From a virus (lineage: Duplodnaviria > Caudoviricetes), in the IMG/VR virus record IMGVR_UViG_3300047545_000041, positions 1 through 60,036 of that record: a stretch of DNA of 60,036 bases. The stretch is one strand, 5' to 3'. How positions within the stretch are numbered: position 1 is the first letter of the stretch; each line of letters begins with the position of its first letter. Both the position numbers and the translations under genes were made by a program. The notes under the pieces are model-generated. The model was not told where the DNA came from, did no database searches, and saw nothing but the letters and a program-made list of their open reading frames with translations. Below, one piece after another: positions 1 to 7,699 of this stretch.

Positions 1-127
1 TGCTATGTTGTCTATATAACCCCTACCCCTACACCCCATAGTTTTACTCCGATTGAAAATGTTGTCAAGCGATATATTTGCATATGTTGTTTTGTTGCAA
101 CATTGTAGCCTATGTCTTCACAGTCGA
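1..127. repeat. Terminal direct repeat (identical to 59910..60036), most likely an assembly k-mer overlap of a circular contig
   Basis: Exact 127-nt identity of both ends; 127 is a common assembler k value. Confidence 0.9.
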
Positions 128-712
128 TTTTCTGTAGCGGCATAGCCTGTGTTGTTGGAAACGCTTTGCTGGTCCTGTAGGGGGTCGTTGTAGGAGCAAG
201 GTAGGGTGGTGCCAACCCTGTGGCGTTAATCGATTGTAGGCATGCTACAGGCCGTGTGTGGGCTACATCGTATATGGATAGATCGTTTTAGACGGTGGTG
301 GTTAACAGGTTGAAAAAGACCCTTCCGTGGGCTTGATGGTATACAAATAGCGCCCCACCCCCCACTGGCCCACGCCCGCCCCACGGCTAGGCAGGTGCTG
401 CGCTGGCGAGCAAGCGCCTATGTATGCAGCGCAGGGTGACAAGCATATGCGTATGCAGTTTGACCAGCGCATACGAATCTTCAATGAATTCAAAGACTTA
501 CACGCACATGAGCAACTGATTCAAAAACAGTTGTCGATTTAATTGGGGACAGATTAGTGCCTGTTTTTTAAGCACTACGGTGACTATCGAAAGGCGGTAT
601 ACGATAGCGAAAAGCTATAGACCTACCCCATCCAACGAAGTCCTGCATCACCTACGCATACAACGCAAACCGACAAAGACCCTTCACCGATTGTGGTTGA
701 ATAACCCCACAG

Positions 713-742
713 TTGACAAGGCCATTGTGAAGTCTGCATAAT
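713..742 (+). promoter_or_regulatory. Early sigma70 promoter P1
   Basis: TTGACA (713-718), 18-nt spacer, CATAAT (737-742), upstream of ORF 792. Confidence 0.8.
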
Positions 743-791
743 TGAGGCCGGACAGCAACGGTGCTGCCCCAACTTACCGAAGGTAAACAAC

Positions 792-1121
792 ATGTTCACA
801 ATCAACGAAATCACCACTGCCAAAGGCAACATCGGATGGGCCATCATCAAGGACAAAACATCCATCGTGAAGGAATTCACCAGCATCGAAGCTGCCTGTG
901 CATACTTGGACGCTGTCGAAGACGGCGAGGCAAAACCAGTGGCTTTGAAGAACGTCAAGCCCGGTGACTTCGTCAAACGGAAAGCCGATGCCGTCAAGGT
1001 GTACATCAAGGGCGACTATGACAGGACGACGAAGTCGTTTGAGCTTCGGGATGTCGAAGACATTTGCCGTAGCATTTTCGTCAAGGCTGACAAAACAGTT
1101 TTCATCGGCTTCACTTACTGA
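792..1121 (+). CDS. Early hypothetical protein
   Basis: 109-aa ORF with AAGGT RBS after P1. Confidence 0.75.
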   Translation: MFTINEITTAKGNIGWAIIKDKTSIVKEFTSIEAACAYLDAVEDGEAKPVALKNVKPGDFVKRKADAVKVYIKGDYDRTTKSFELRDVEDICRSIFVKADKTVFIGFTY

Positions 1122-1145
1122 AAATATTACCGAAGGTAAACTATC

Positions 1146-1376
1146 ATGATCTACGCCATCATCTCCCTTACATCACTCGCTATTGCTTTGTACATGATGC
1201 AAAACGAAATTGCTTTGCAACTGAAGAAAACCTTCGGTTTCTGCACCATCGGTCAAGGTTTTGCAAAACGTCATTACACATTCACCTACAGCGAAGCAGC
1301 ACAATGGGCAGCGTGCTATGATGCAGCGACTGTATACCGCCGTGGCAACTTCGTTGCAGCAAAACGTTTCAAATAA
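1146..1376 (+). CDS. Early hypothetical protein with hydrophobic N-terminus
   Basis: 76-aa ORF preceded by the TTACCGAAGGTAA RBS element. Confidence 0.65.
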   Translation: MIYAIISLTSLAIALYMMQNEIALQLKKTFGFCTIGQGFAKRHYTFTYSEAAQWAACYDAATVYRRGNFVAAKRFK

Positions 1377-1384
1377 CCCCACAT

Positions 1385-1414
1385 TTGACAGGGCCATTAA
1401 AAGGTCTGTACAAT
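1385..1414 (+). promoter_or_regulatory. Early sigma70 promoter P2
   Basis: TTGACA (1385-1390), 18 nt, TACAAT (1409-1414); paralogous to P1. Confidence 0.8.
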
Positions 1415-1462
1415 TGAGGCCAGCAGCGATTTTGCTGCGACAACTTACCGAAGGTAAACACC

Positions 1463-2197
1463 ATGAGCAAACCAACTGGATACGTAGTATATGAAGGCCC
1501 ATCGCTGATTGATGGCTCACCGATTGTCGCTATCGCCTTGACGAAGTCAAGCAATGCAAAAACGGCTGACATGATACAGACATACATCATCCGTAGCGAT
1601 ATGGACCCCCGTGATGCATCCAAGACTGGTGCCGATGTTGCTATTTGTGGCACATGTCCTCACCGTGGCACTGCAACTACAGACCCTACAGCGAAGCTGG
1701 CAAAGAATCGTAGTTGTTACGTAGTAATTGGTCAAGGCCCTGTCATCGTTTACAAGGGTTTCGTTGCTAGCAAGTATCCAAAAGCTGAAAGCTTAGCAGC
1801 TATCGGTAAAGGTCGTATGGTCAGAATCGGCACCTACGGTGACGGTGCCGCTGTCCCTTCATCGGTGTGGAATGAGTTGATCAGCGAAGCTGAGGGCCAC
1901 ACTGGTTACAGTCACCAAGCTAACACCGAAGGTGCTGCATTCGATGCATCCCTTTACATGGAATCGGTTGAATCTGTAGCATCAGCTTCGCTGTCTTGGA
2001 GCTTGGGTCGCCGTACATTTCGTATCGTCAGCAATGTGGCTGACGTAGTCAAGGGTAAGGAAATTGTGTGCCCTGCGACAGCCGAAGGCGGTGCGAAGAC
2101 GACCTGCGAGAAGTGTGGATTGTGTGCTGGTAGCAGCGTAATGGCGAAGTCGATTGCTGTTGTGGCACACGGCTCAGGTGCTAAGTATGTAGCATGA
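1463..2197 (+). CDS. Cys-rich conserved phage protein (possible Fe-S/radical-SAM-like fold)
   Basis: CGTCPH, SCYV, RIGTYGD, GYSHQ, CPAT..CEKCGLC motifs. Confidence 0.55.
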   Translation: MSKPTGYVVYEGPSLIDGSPIVAIALTKSSNAKTADMIQTYIIRSDMDPRDASKTGADVAICGTCPHRGTATTDPTAKLAKNRSCYVVIGQGPVIVYKGFVASKYPKAESLAAIGKGRMVRIGTYGDGAAVPSSVWNELISEAEGHTGYSHQANTEGAAFDASLYMESVESVASASLSWSLGRRTFRIVSNVADVVKGKEIVCPATAEGGAKTTCEKCGLCAGSSVMAKSIAVVAHGSGAKYVA

Positions 2198-2204
2198 GAC
2201 AATG

Positions 2205-2226
2205 CTTCCCCTTCGGGGGAGGCTTT
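2205..2226 (+). terminator. Putative intrinsic terminator
   Basis: GCTTCCCC-TTCG-GGGGAGGC followed by TTT, just after the stop at 2197. Confidence 0.55.
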
Positions 2227-2266
2227 GCAAAGTCCCTACAGCAAGCAAGGTTGAATAGCCTTGCAT

Positions 2267-2296
2267 TTGACAGGGGTTTTGCAAAGTCTGCATAAT
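2267..2296 (+). promoter_or_regulatory. Early sigma70 promoter P3
   Basis: TTGACA (2267-2272), 18 nt, CATAAT (2291-2296). Confidence 0.8.
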
Positions 2297-2302
2297 TGAA
2301 AG

Positions 2303-2570
2303 CATCGATGCATCGGCATCACAAAATTGTTCTTTAAAAACTAGGTGTGGCGTCAGTATGGATGCAACATGTATATCAAAGCATGTTGCCGCCTGAAATA
2401 GGCCAGCGTAATTGTAAGTACGTAACGTCTTACACTGCTCATAGCACATGAGGATGATAATGTGCATAGGGACTACATCATGGCATCGGGGTCGGTGCTA
2501 TATGATGTGGCTTTCATAAGCTTTGTGGCACTGGGTCACAGGGTTTATATCAAGCCTTCCTGAAAGGAAA
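2303..2570 (+). ncRNA. Putative structured leader/ncRNA with boxA-like site and serial hairpins
   Basis: No credible ORF; TGTTCTTTAAAA (2328-2339); at least six consecutive stem-loops. Confidence 0.5.
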
Positions 2571-2574
2571 CAAA

Positions 2575-2760
2575 ATGTATACAACACGAAGAGGCGGCTT
2601 TGACCGTGATGATGCACGTTTGCATTATGAGCAATTGCAGCGTGACAAACACAACACACCAGAGGCAAACGAAGCTTTCCGTAAAGCGTTCGATGCAACC
2701 AATGCACGATGGAAAGCGGCTGTTGCACAGGATAGTGCAGCTAAAAAGGATACAAAATGA
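2575..2760 (+). CDS. Hypothetical protein
   Basis: AGGAA RBS; stop overlaps the next start (ATGA). Confidence 0.65.
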   Translation: MYTTRRGGFDRDDARLHYEQLQRDKHNTPEANEAFRKAFDATNARWKAAVAQDSAAKKDTK

Positions 2761-3146
2761 AAGTGTTTGTATATTTCAATCTCCATCGCAAATGCTTCAG
2801 CATCAAGGCACTGGAAGGCCCGAAGAAGGGCCGTGTCATTGCCCATCGTGATGATGTGTTGCTCTTCGATGCCACCTTCAAAGTGTCTGAGGCAGGACGA
2901 CAGCGTGTCCTTCGTGAACGTAAAAAGAACGTTCATGCTGGTGTTGTTGGTCAATGGGATGATGCTGTCGATGTGACACATGACAGGGTGCTGCGTTACG
3001 GTAGTGCCATCACATACAACCCCTACAAATACGACACCTTTGTACACTTGTACGGTGAGCATCCATGCAAGACAGGTCGTCTTGTGGCACTGACTGTGAC
3101 GACCTACAACGAGAACAAACGTTCTCACATTAGTGTTTGGAATTGA
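2757..3146 (+). CDS. Conserved phage hypothetical protein
   Basis: VYFNLH..SI, RKKNVHA and YNPYK motifs typical of a common phage family. Confidence 0.75.
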   Translation: MKVFVYFNLHRKCFSIKALEGPKKGRVIAHRDDVLLFDATFKVSEAGRQRVLRERKKNVHAGVVGQWDDAVDVTHDRVLRYGSAITYNPYKYDTFVHLYGEHPCKTGRLVALTVTTYNENKRSHISVWN

Positions 3147-3224
3147 TAGCGCTTTGTAACACTATTGAGTCATCAGTAGTGTTACTGACTCGCTATTGAG
3201 TCATTGTCCTGTATAGGAAACAAA

Positions 3225-3401
3225 ATGAAATTGATCACCAAGAAAAGTGGCTACGAAATCTGGGCAGAGTTTGACCAAGATTCACAGACCTATGCTTTGT
3301 TCTTCGATGAAGAAGGACAGACATACACTGGATGGGATGTTGATTCCATCAAGGATGCACATGTTGCATCGGCTTACATCATCCAAGAGCAACTGTCCTG
3401 A
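3225..3401 (+). CDS. Small acidic hypothetical protein
   Basis: AGGAA RBS before ATG 3225. Confidence 0.6.
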   Translation: MKLITKKSGYEIWAEFDQDSQTYALFFDEEGQTYTGWDVDSIKDAHVASAYIIQEQLS

Positions 3402-3412
3402 AAGGAAATATT

Positions 3413-3799
3413 ATGGGCCTCGACATGTATGCATTCACCGTCCCTGCTGAGTGGGCAGGTGACACCGACACAGACTACCAGCCTGACGCTGACAGGAAGA
3501 CAACAGAGTTGTTCTACTGGCGTAAGTTCAATGCTTTGCATGGTTGGATGGAAGACCTCTACCGCATCAAAGGTGGTATCAAAACAATCTTCAACTGCAC
3601 TACAGTGAGGTTGACCAGCGAAGACCTTGACCGATTGGAGATGGACACAGGCAATAACAAGCTTGTACCCATCAACGGGTTCTTCTTCGGTGAGCAAACG
3701 ATCTACCCCGAAGACCTCGAAAGCGTTGCAGACTTCATTGCTAAAGCAAGAGAGGCACTGGATTATGGCAAGGCTGTGTTCTACGATAGCTGGTGGTGA
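3413..3799 (+). CDS. Conserved phage protein (MGLDMY...YWRK...YDSWW family)
   Basis: Characteristic N- and C-terminal motifs; RBS present. Confidence 0.75.
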   Translation: MGLDMYAFTVPAEWAGDTDTDYQPDADRKTTELFYWRKFNALHGWMEDLYRIKGGIKTIFNCTTVRLTSEDLDRLEMDTGNNKLVPINGFFFGEQTIYPEDLESVADFIAKAREALDYGKAVFYDSWW

Positions 3800-3800
3800 T

Positions 3801-3965
3801 ATGAATACATACCGACAGACACACAAAGAATTCTTCTTTGCTTGTGCTTATCTGCGACACTTCTACGGATTGTCTACGGTCTGCCTTGAGCAGATCGACA
3901 AGTGGTTGAGTGAGGATGAAATTGCCGACTTTACATTGGCTTACATGGGTGGAGGTGAACTGTGA
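3801..3965 (+). CDS. Small hypothetical protein
   Basis: GGTG RBS; tightly packed between neighbours. Confidence 0.5.
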   Translation: MNTYRQTHKEFFFACAYLRHFYGLSTVCLEQIDKWLSEDEIADFTLAYMGGGEL

Positions 3966-4114
3966 AAACACTTGAACAACTTGAACAGGAAAACCCTGAA
4001 GGTTTCCGCAACCCCGATGACACACCTGTGCTACGTTTAAGTGGCACATTGAAGACGCTTGAGCAGCTTGAAGCCGAAAGCACCGATGGTTTTCGCAACC
4101 CTGAAAGAGACTAA
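3962..4114 (+). CDS. 50-aa peptide with internal duplication (not in the ORF track)
   Basis: GGAGG RBS, GTG start; KTLEQLEQENPEGFRNP and KTLEQLEAESTDGFRNP. Confidence 0.65.
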   Translation: MKTLEQLEQENPEGFRNPDDTPVLRLSGTLKTLEQLEAESTDGFRNPERD

Positions 4115-4115
4115 C

Positions 4116-4382
4116 ATGACAATTATTTTAGAACGTTTAGTTAACAACGGTGTACAGGAAATACATCGTTTCGATAACGGTTATGGTGCAAGCAAAGTGA
4201 TGCACGATTGCAGTTACGGTGGTGATCGTAATTTGTGGGAGATTGCTGTCATCAAATTCACTGGTGATGGTGAATGGGATTGGCACATAACCTATGACAC
4301 ACCCATCACTACTGACGTGATTGGTCATCTCAACTACACTGATGCACAGGCTGTGCTGCAACAGATCAAGGAACTTACATGA
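4116..4382 (+). CDS. Conserved phage hypothetical protein (FDNGYGAS...SYGG...WEIAV)
   Basis: Recognisable phage motif; start chosen after the stop at 4114. Confidence 0.7.
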   Translation: MTIILERLVNNGVQEIHRFDNGYGASKVMHDCSYGGDRNLWEIAVIKFTGDGEWDWHITYDTPITTDVIGHLNYTDAQAVLQQIKELT

Positions 4383-4696
4383 GCAAGACATTCACCATCA
4401 CCATCTACAACGACCCCGGTCATGCATGGGGTAAGGTCAAGCGAGATGTGCTAGTCAACCTCGGCATTGCCGACAAGATTAGCCGTTACAGCTACCAGCG
4501 TGGCGACTATGCCTACCTCGAAGAAGACTGTGACCTCACCACCCTGTGCATGGCACTGAACGAACGAGACACCCGTGTCAAGTTTGTTGAGAAGCGCAGC
4601 GAACGTGACAGCAAAATTCGTTCGTATGAAAGGTATGAGTATGGCTTTGACAGCAATCAGCGCAGCGAAAACGTGGCCGTTTCCGGCATTTCCTAA
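4379..4696 (+). CDS. Conserved phage protein (DPGHAW...YLEEDCD family)
   Basis: Motifs; overlapping stop/start. Confidence 0.7.
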   Translation: MSKTFTITIYNDPGHAWGKVKRDVLVNLGIADKISRYSYQRGDYAYLEEDCDLTTLCMALNERDTRVKFVEKRSERDSKIRSYERYEYGFDSNQRSENVAVSGIS

Positions 4697-4759
4697 CCCA
4701 CTCGACACAGGCCGGAAACAACCTGTGTTCAACCCCAACAACCATGAGGATGCACCGCT

Positions 4760-5095
4760 ATGACAAAGAAACAAGCCACAGCGAAACGAAGTGAAGCCAC
4801 CGTTGCCGATGCCCTACACTTAGCCGCCGACAAATACCTTGCCGCCAATCATCAGCAGCGTGACCGTTGCCAATCTCGCTACAGTTGTGGTGCTGTTGGT
4901 AATGCCTGTGTTGAGTTGAACGTAAACTTCGGAGGTGTCCTTGTTGGTCTGAAGAACATGGGTTGTGACACAACGTCTAGTACGTTGTTTCATAAGTATG
5001 GCGACAACAACTTCAACATATCTGAAGAAGTGCAAGGCATGCGTTACATGTGGCTCAAATGGGCGGCGCTGATGGCTCAAGAACAAGGCGTGTGA
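4760..5095 (+). CDS. Hypothetical protein
   Basis: 111-aa ORF in operon with GAGG RBS. Confidence 0.65.
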   Translation: MTKKQATAKRSEATVADALHLAADKYLAANHQQRDRCQSRYSCGAVGNACVELNVNFGGVLVGLKNMGCDTTSSTLFHKYGDNNFNISEEVQGMRYMWLKWAALMAQEQGV

Positions 5096-5096
5096 C

Positions 5097-5561
5097 ATGA
5101 CTAAGCACATCCCCATCGCTGTATTCTGTGGCGCTTTGTTGCTCTCGACAGCATCATGTGAGCATCAACCTGTACCCACCATAGCACAGGCTAATGAATT
5201 CTGTTGCATGCTGAAGAACATCTACCACGAAGCACGAGGGGAGGGTGTTGAAGGTATGCAAGCTGTGGCACTGGTCACATTGAACAGGGCTAAGCAGCAA
5301 GGCAAGACAGTCTGCGAAGTTGTATACCAACGTAAGCAATTCTCTTGGGCAAACACTGCGAAGGGTCGTAACAAACCCTTAACAGGCAACATCGACACCG
5401 TCTATGCTGTGACCTCACAGGCTATGACAGGTGCGCTCATTGACATTACCTCTGGTGCTACTCACTACCACACTAAGCAGGTCAAACCTGTGTGGCGTAA
5501 GGCACTGGACAAGGTTGTTGTCATAAACAATCACATCTTTTACAAAGGAAAAAACCAATGA
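5097..5561 (+). CDS. SleB-like cell wall hydrolase (Hydrolase_2)
   Basis: NIYHEARGE, AVALVTLNR, VCEVVYQ..QFSW, GATHYH, HIFY. Confidence 0.9.
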   Translation: MTKHIPIAVFCGALLLSTASCEHQPVPTIAQANEFCCMLKNIYHEARGEGVEGMQAVALVTLNRAKQQGKTVCEVVYQRKQFSWANTAKGRNKPLTGNIDTVYAVTSQAMTGALIDITSGATHYHTKQVKPVWRKALDKVVVINNHIFYKGKNQ

Positions 5562-5770
5562 ACGAAACAAACGAAACAGTTGACAAACCAACACGTAGCC
5601 GAGGCCGTCCCTCATTCGCTGAGAAGGCAGAGCCTACCCTGCGTGACACCTTCTCGCTGGAGGTGATGAAGGGTGTGCTTGCCTCTGGTGTAACTGTGTC
5701 AGACCCGCTTGAGCTTAGCCGCTATTGCTACAAAATTGCTGATGCACTGGTGAAGGTCAGAGATGAGTGA
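5558..5770 (+). CDS. Hypothetical protein (LRDxFA...YxxADA family, AT-hook-like RGRP)
   Basis: RBS and motifs. Confidence 0.65.
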   Translation: MNETNETVDKPTRSRGRPSFAEKAEPTLRDTFSLEVMKGVLASGVTVSDPLELSRYCYKIADALVKVRDE

Positions 5771-5933
5771 CATGTCCATAGCCTACACCGTAGGTAAGAT
5801 GCATGGACTACGTGGCATACCTGCCCATCCACACCTCTTCCCCACTGGCACATGGGAAGCTGTGCAATACAGACAAGGCTACATCGATGGTGCTGTGGCT
5901 TTGGAAAACGACATTGAAAGAGAAACAAAATGA
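5763..5933 (+). CDS. 56-aa hypothetical protein, loosely RMF-like pattern (not in the ORF track)
   Basis: MSDMSIAYTVGKMHGLRG...YRQGYIDG; fills the gap with overlapping start/stop. Confidence 0.5.
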   Translation: MSDMSIAYTVGKMHGLRGIPAHPHLFPTGTWEAVQYRQGYIDGAVALENDIERETK

Positions 5934-6169
5934 TTAGCGAGATAGACATTCAAGACTTCGATGTGCTGCCAGTGCGTGAGTTGTACAAGGTGAAGCCACG
6001 CAGTTACATCAAGCTGCCGTGGATGGACGGTACAGGCATTGATGAAGTGTTGTTTTTTGACCACATCGATGGTATGTACAGCTACTGTCTGAACATGAAC
6101 AACGAAGTGGTGCACTTGCAAGCATGGGCAGAGGTTGCGCCGCTTGTGAAGAAGGACAAACCCGACTAA
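5930..6169 (+). CDS. Conserved phage hypothetical protein (IDGMYSYC)
   Basis: Motif and operon position. Confidence 0.7.
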   Translation: MISEIDIQDFDVLPVRELYKVKPRSYIKLPWMDGTGIDEVLFFDHIDGMYSYCLNMNNEVVHLQAWAEVAPLVKKDKPD

Positions 6170-6195
6170 GTTGTAGGGTTTTCTGGATGGTTTAT

Positions 6196-6225
6196 TTGAC
6201 AAGCCATCTGGAAAGCCTTTACACT
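6196..6225 (+). promoter_or_regulatory. Early sigma70 promoter P4
   Basis: TTGACA (6196-6201), 18 nt, TACACT (6220-6225). Confidence 0.7.
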
Positions 6226-6271
6226 GAAGGCCCAACTCGGCAATGTTGCCACAACCCACTGAGGAAACACC

Positions 6272-7108
6272 ATGTCTCACGTCATCTTCTCTCGTAACGC
6301 TGACAATTCCATCCTGACACCAGCACAGATTCAACAACGTGCTCCTGCTGCATTCAGCACAACCAAGGCTGAGCGTTTGTCAGACCGTTACGTATCCCTC
6401 AACACCAGCGATGTGCTGCCCATCATGGCAGACTACGGCTACTTCCCAACACAGGCTGCACAAAAGCGTAACCGCAAAGCTTCAGCAGAGCACACAGCCC
6501 ACATGCTTGCCTTCAGCAGTGCTCACGACATTGCAGAGACTGGTGATGTTCGTCCTGAAATCATCCTCTATAACAGCCATGATGGCACAGGTTCTGTGAA
6601 GCTCTTCGCTGGTCTGTTCCGTTTCATCTGCTCCAATGGCATCGTTGCAGGTGATGGCTTTCAGTCTCGCATCTATCACAGCAAAGCATTGAACGGCTTT
6701 GAAGAGATGTTGCGTACCACTACTGCAACCCTGCCCCTGTTGATGGATCGCATTGAGAAGATGCGTGGCCTGACACTGACGAATGGTGAAGCCTATGACA
6801 TGGCGATTGCTGGTGTGGCTACACGTTGGGCTGACTACACAGGTCAACCCAAGGGTGCTTATGCTGTGGCACAGACAGTCAAGGATGTGATGAATGTTCG
6901 CCGTGTTGGTGACGAAGGCTACGATGCATGGACTGTGTTCAATCGCATTCAGGAAGGTGTGATTCGTGGCAACGCTATGATTCGCTCCATCACTGACACA
7001 CATCCCGAAGGTGTGATGCGTAAGGCTCGACCAGTCAACTCCATCAAGGAACACCAGCGTATCAACACAGAGTTGTGGAATATTGCTGATGAGATGGTGA
7101 CAGCGTAA
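6272..7108 (+). CDS. DUF932/DUF945-family protein
   Basis: NSHDGT, GLFRFICSNG, WTVFNRIQE motifs. Confidence 0.85.
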   Translation: MSHVIFSRNADNSILTPAQIQQRAPAAFSTTKAERLSDRYVSLNTSDVLPIMADYGYFPTQAAQKRNRKASAEHTAHMLAFSSAHDIAETGDVRPEIILYNSHDGTGSVKLFAGLFRFICSNGIVAGDGFQSRIYHSKALNGFEEMLRTTTATLPLLMDRIEKMRGLTLTNGEAYDMAIAGVATRWADYTGQPKGAYAVAQTVKDVMNVRRVGDEGYDAWTVFNRIQEGVIRGNAMIRSITDTHPEGVMRKARPVNSIKEHQRINTELWNIADEMVTA

Positions 7109-7193
7109 GGCAGGGTAGCTCCCTGCAACTCAACACAGGAGATGGCTGTGTCGGTAGGTGCAATGCCTACCCATGTTCTCATAGAAAAAACAC

Positions 7194-7691
7194 ATGCCCA
7201 AATCAGCTAATCCTATTCCCGATGTAGAAACACTGCATTCATTGTTCATCTATGATGATGGAAAACTCTTACGTAAAAAATCAAACGGAACAACATGTGT
7301 CGCAGGATTCAAACGCAAGAAAGACGGGTACATACAGATCAAGATTGCAGGTGTTGCTTATCTAGCACACCGTGTTATATGGTGTATGTTCAATGGCAGT
7401 ATTGATATTAATTTATATGTTGATCACATGAATGGTGTTCGTGATGACAACAGAATTGATAACCTGAGAGTTGTTGATTGTGTATCTAACATGCAAAATC
7501 GTAGGAAGGCACAGGTCAATAGTGGTACAGGTTTGATCGGGTCTTGTGTACATAAAGGCACAGGAAGATATGAAGCACAGATTTCATACTACGGAAATAA
7601 AATATACATTGGTCTGTATGACACACCAGAAGAAGCACATCAAGCGTATCTAAAAAAGAAACGCGAACTCCACAAAACTTGTACGATATAA
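7194..7691 (+). CDS. HNH homing endonuclease with AP2-like C-terminal domain
   Basis: AHRVIW, VDHMNGVRDDNRIDNLR; YIGLYDTPEEAHQAY; AT-rich. Confidence 0.9.
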   Translation: MPKSANPIPDVETLHSLFIYDDGKLLRKKSNGTTCVAGFKRKKDGYIQIKIAGVAYLAHRVIWCMFNGSIDINLYVDHMNGVRDDNRIDNLRVVDCVSNMQNRRKAQVNSGTGLIGSCVHKGTGRYEAQISYYGNKIYIGLYDTPEEAHQAYLKKKRELHKTCTI

Positions 7692-7699
7692 AGGAAAAT

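Noticed and set aside
1-127. Biological terminal direct repeat
   Set aside because: An exact 127-nt overlap is better explained by assembler k-mer circularisation
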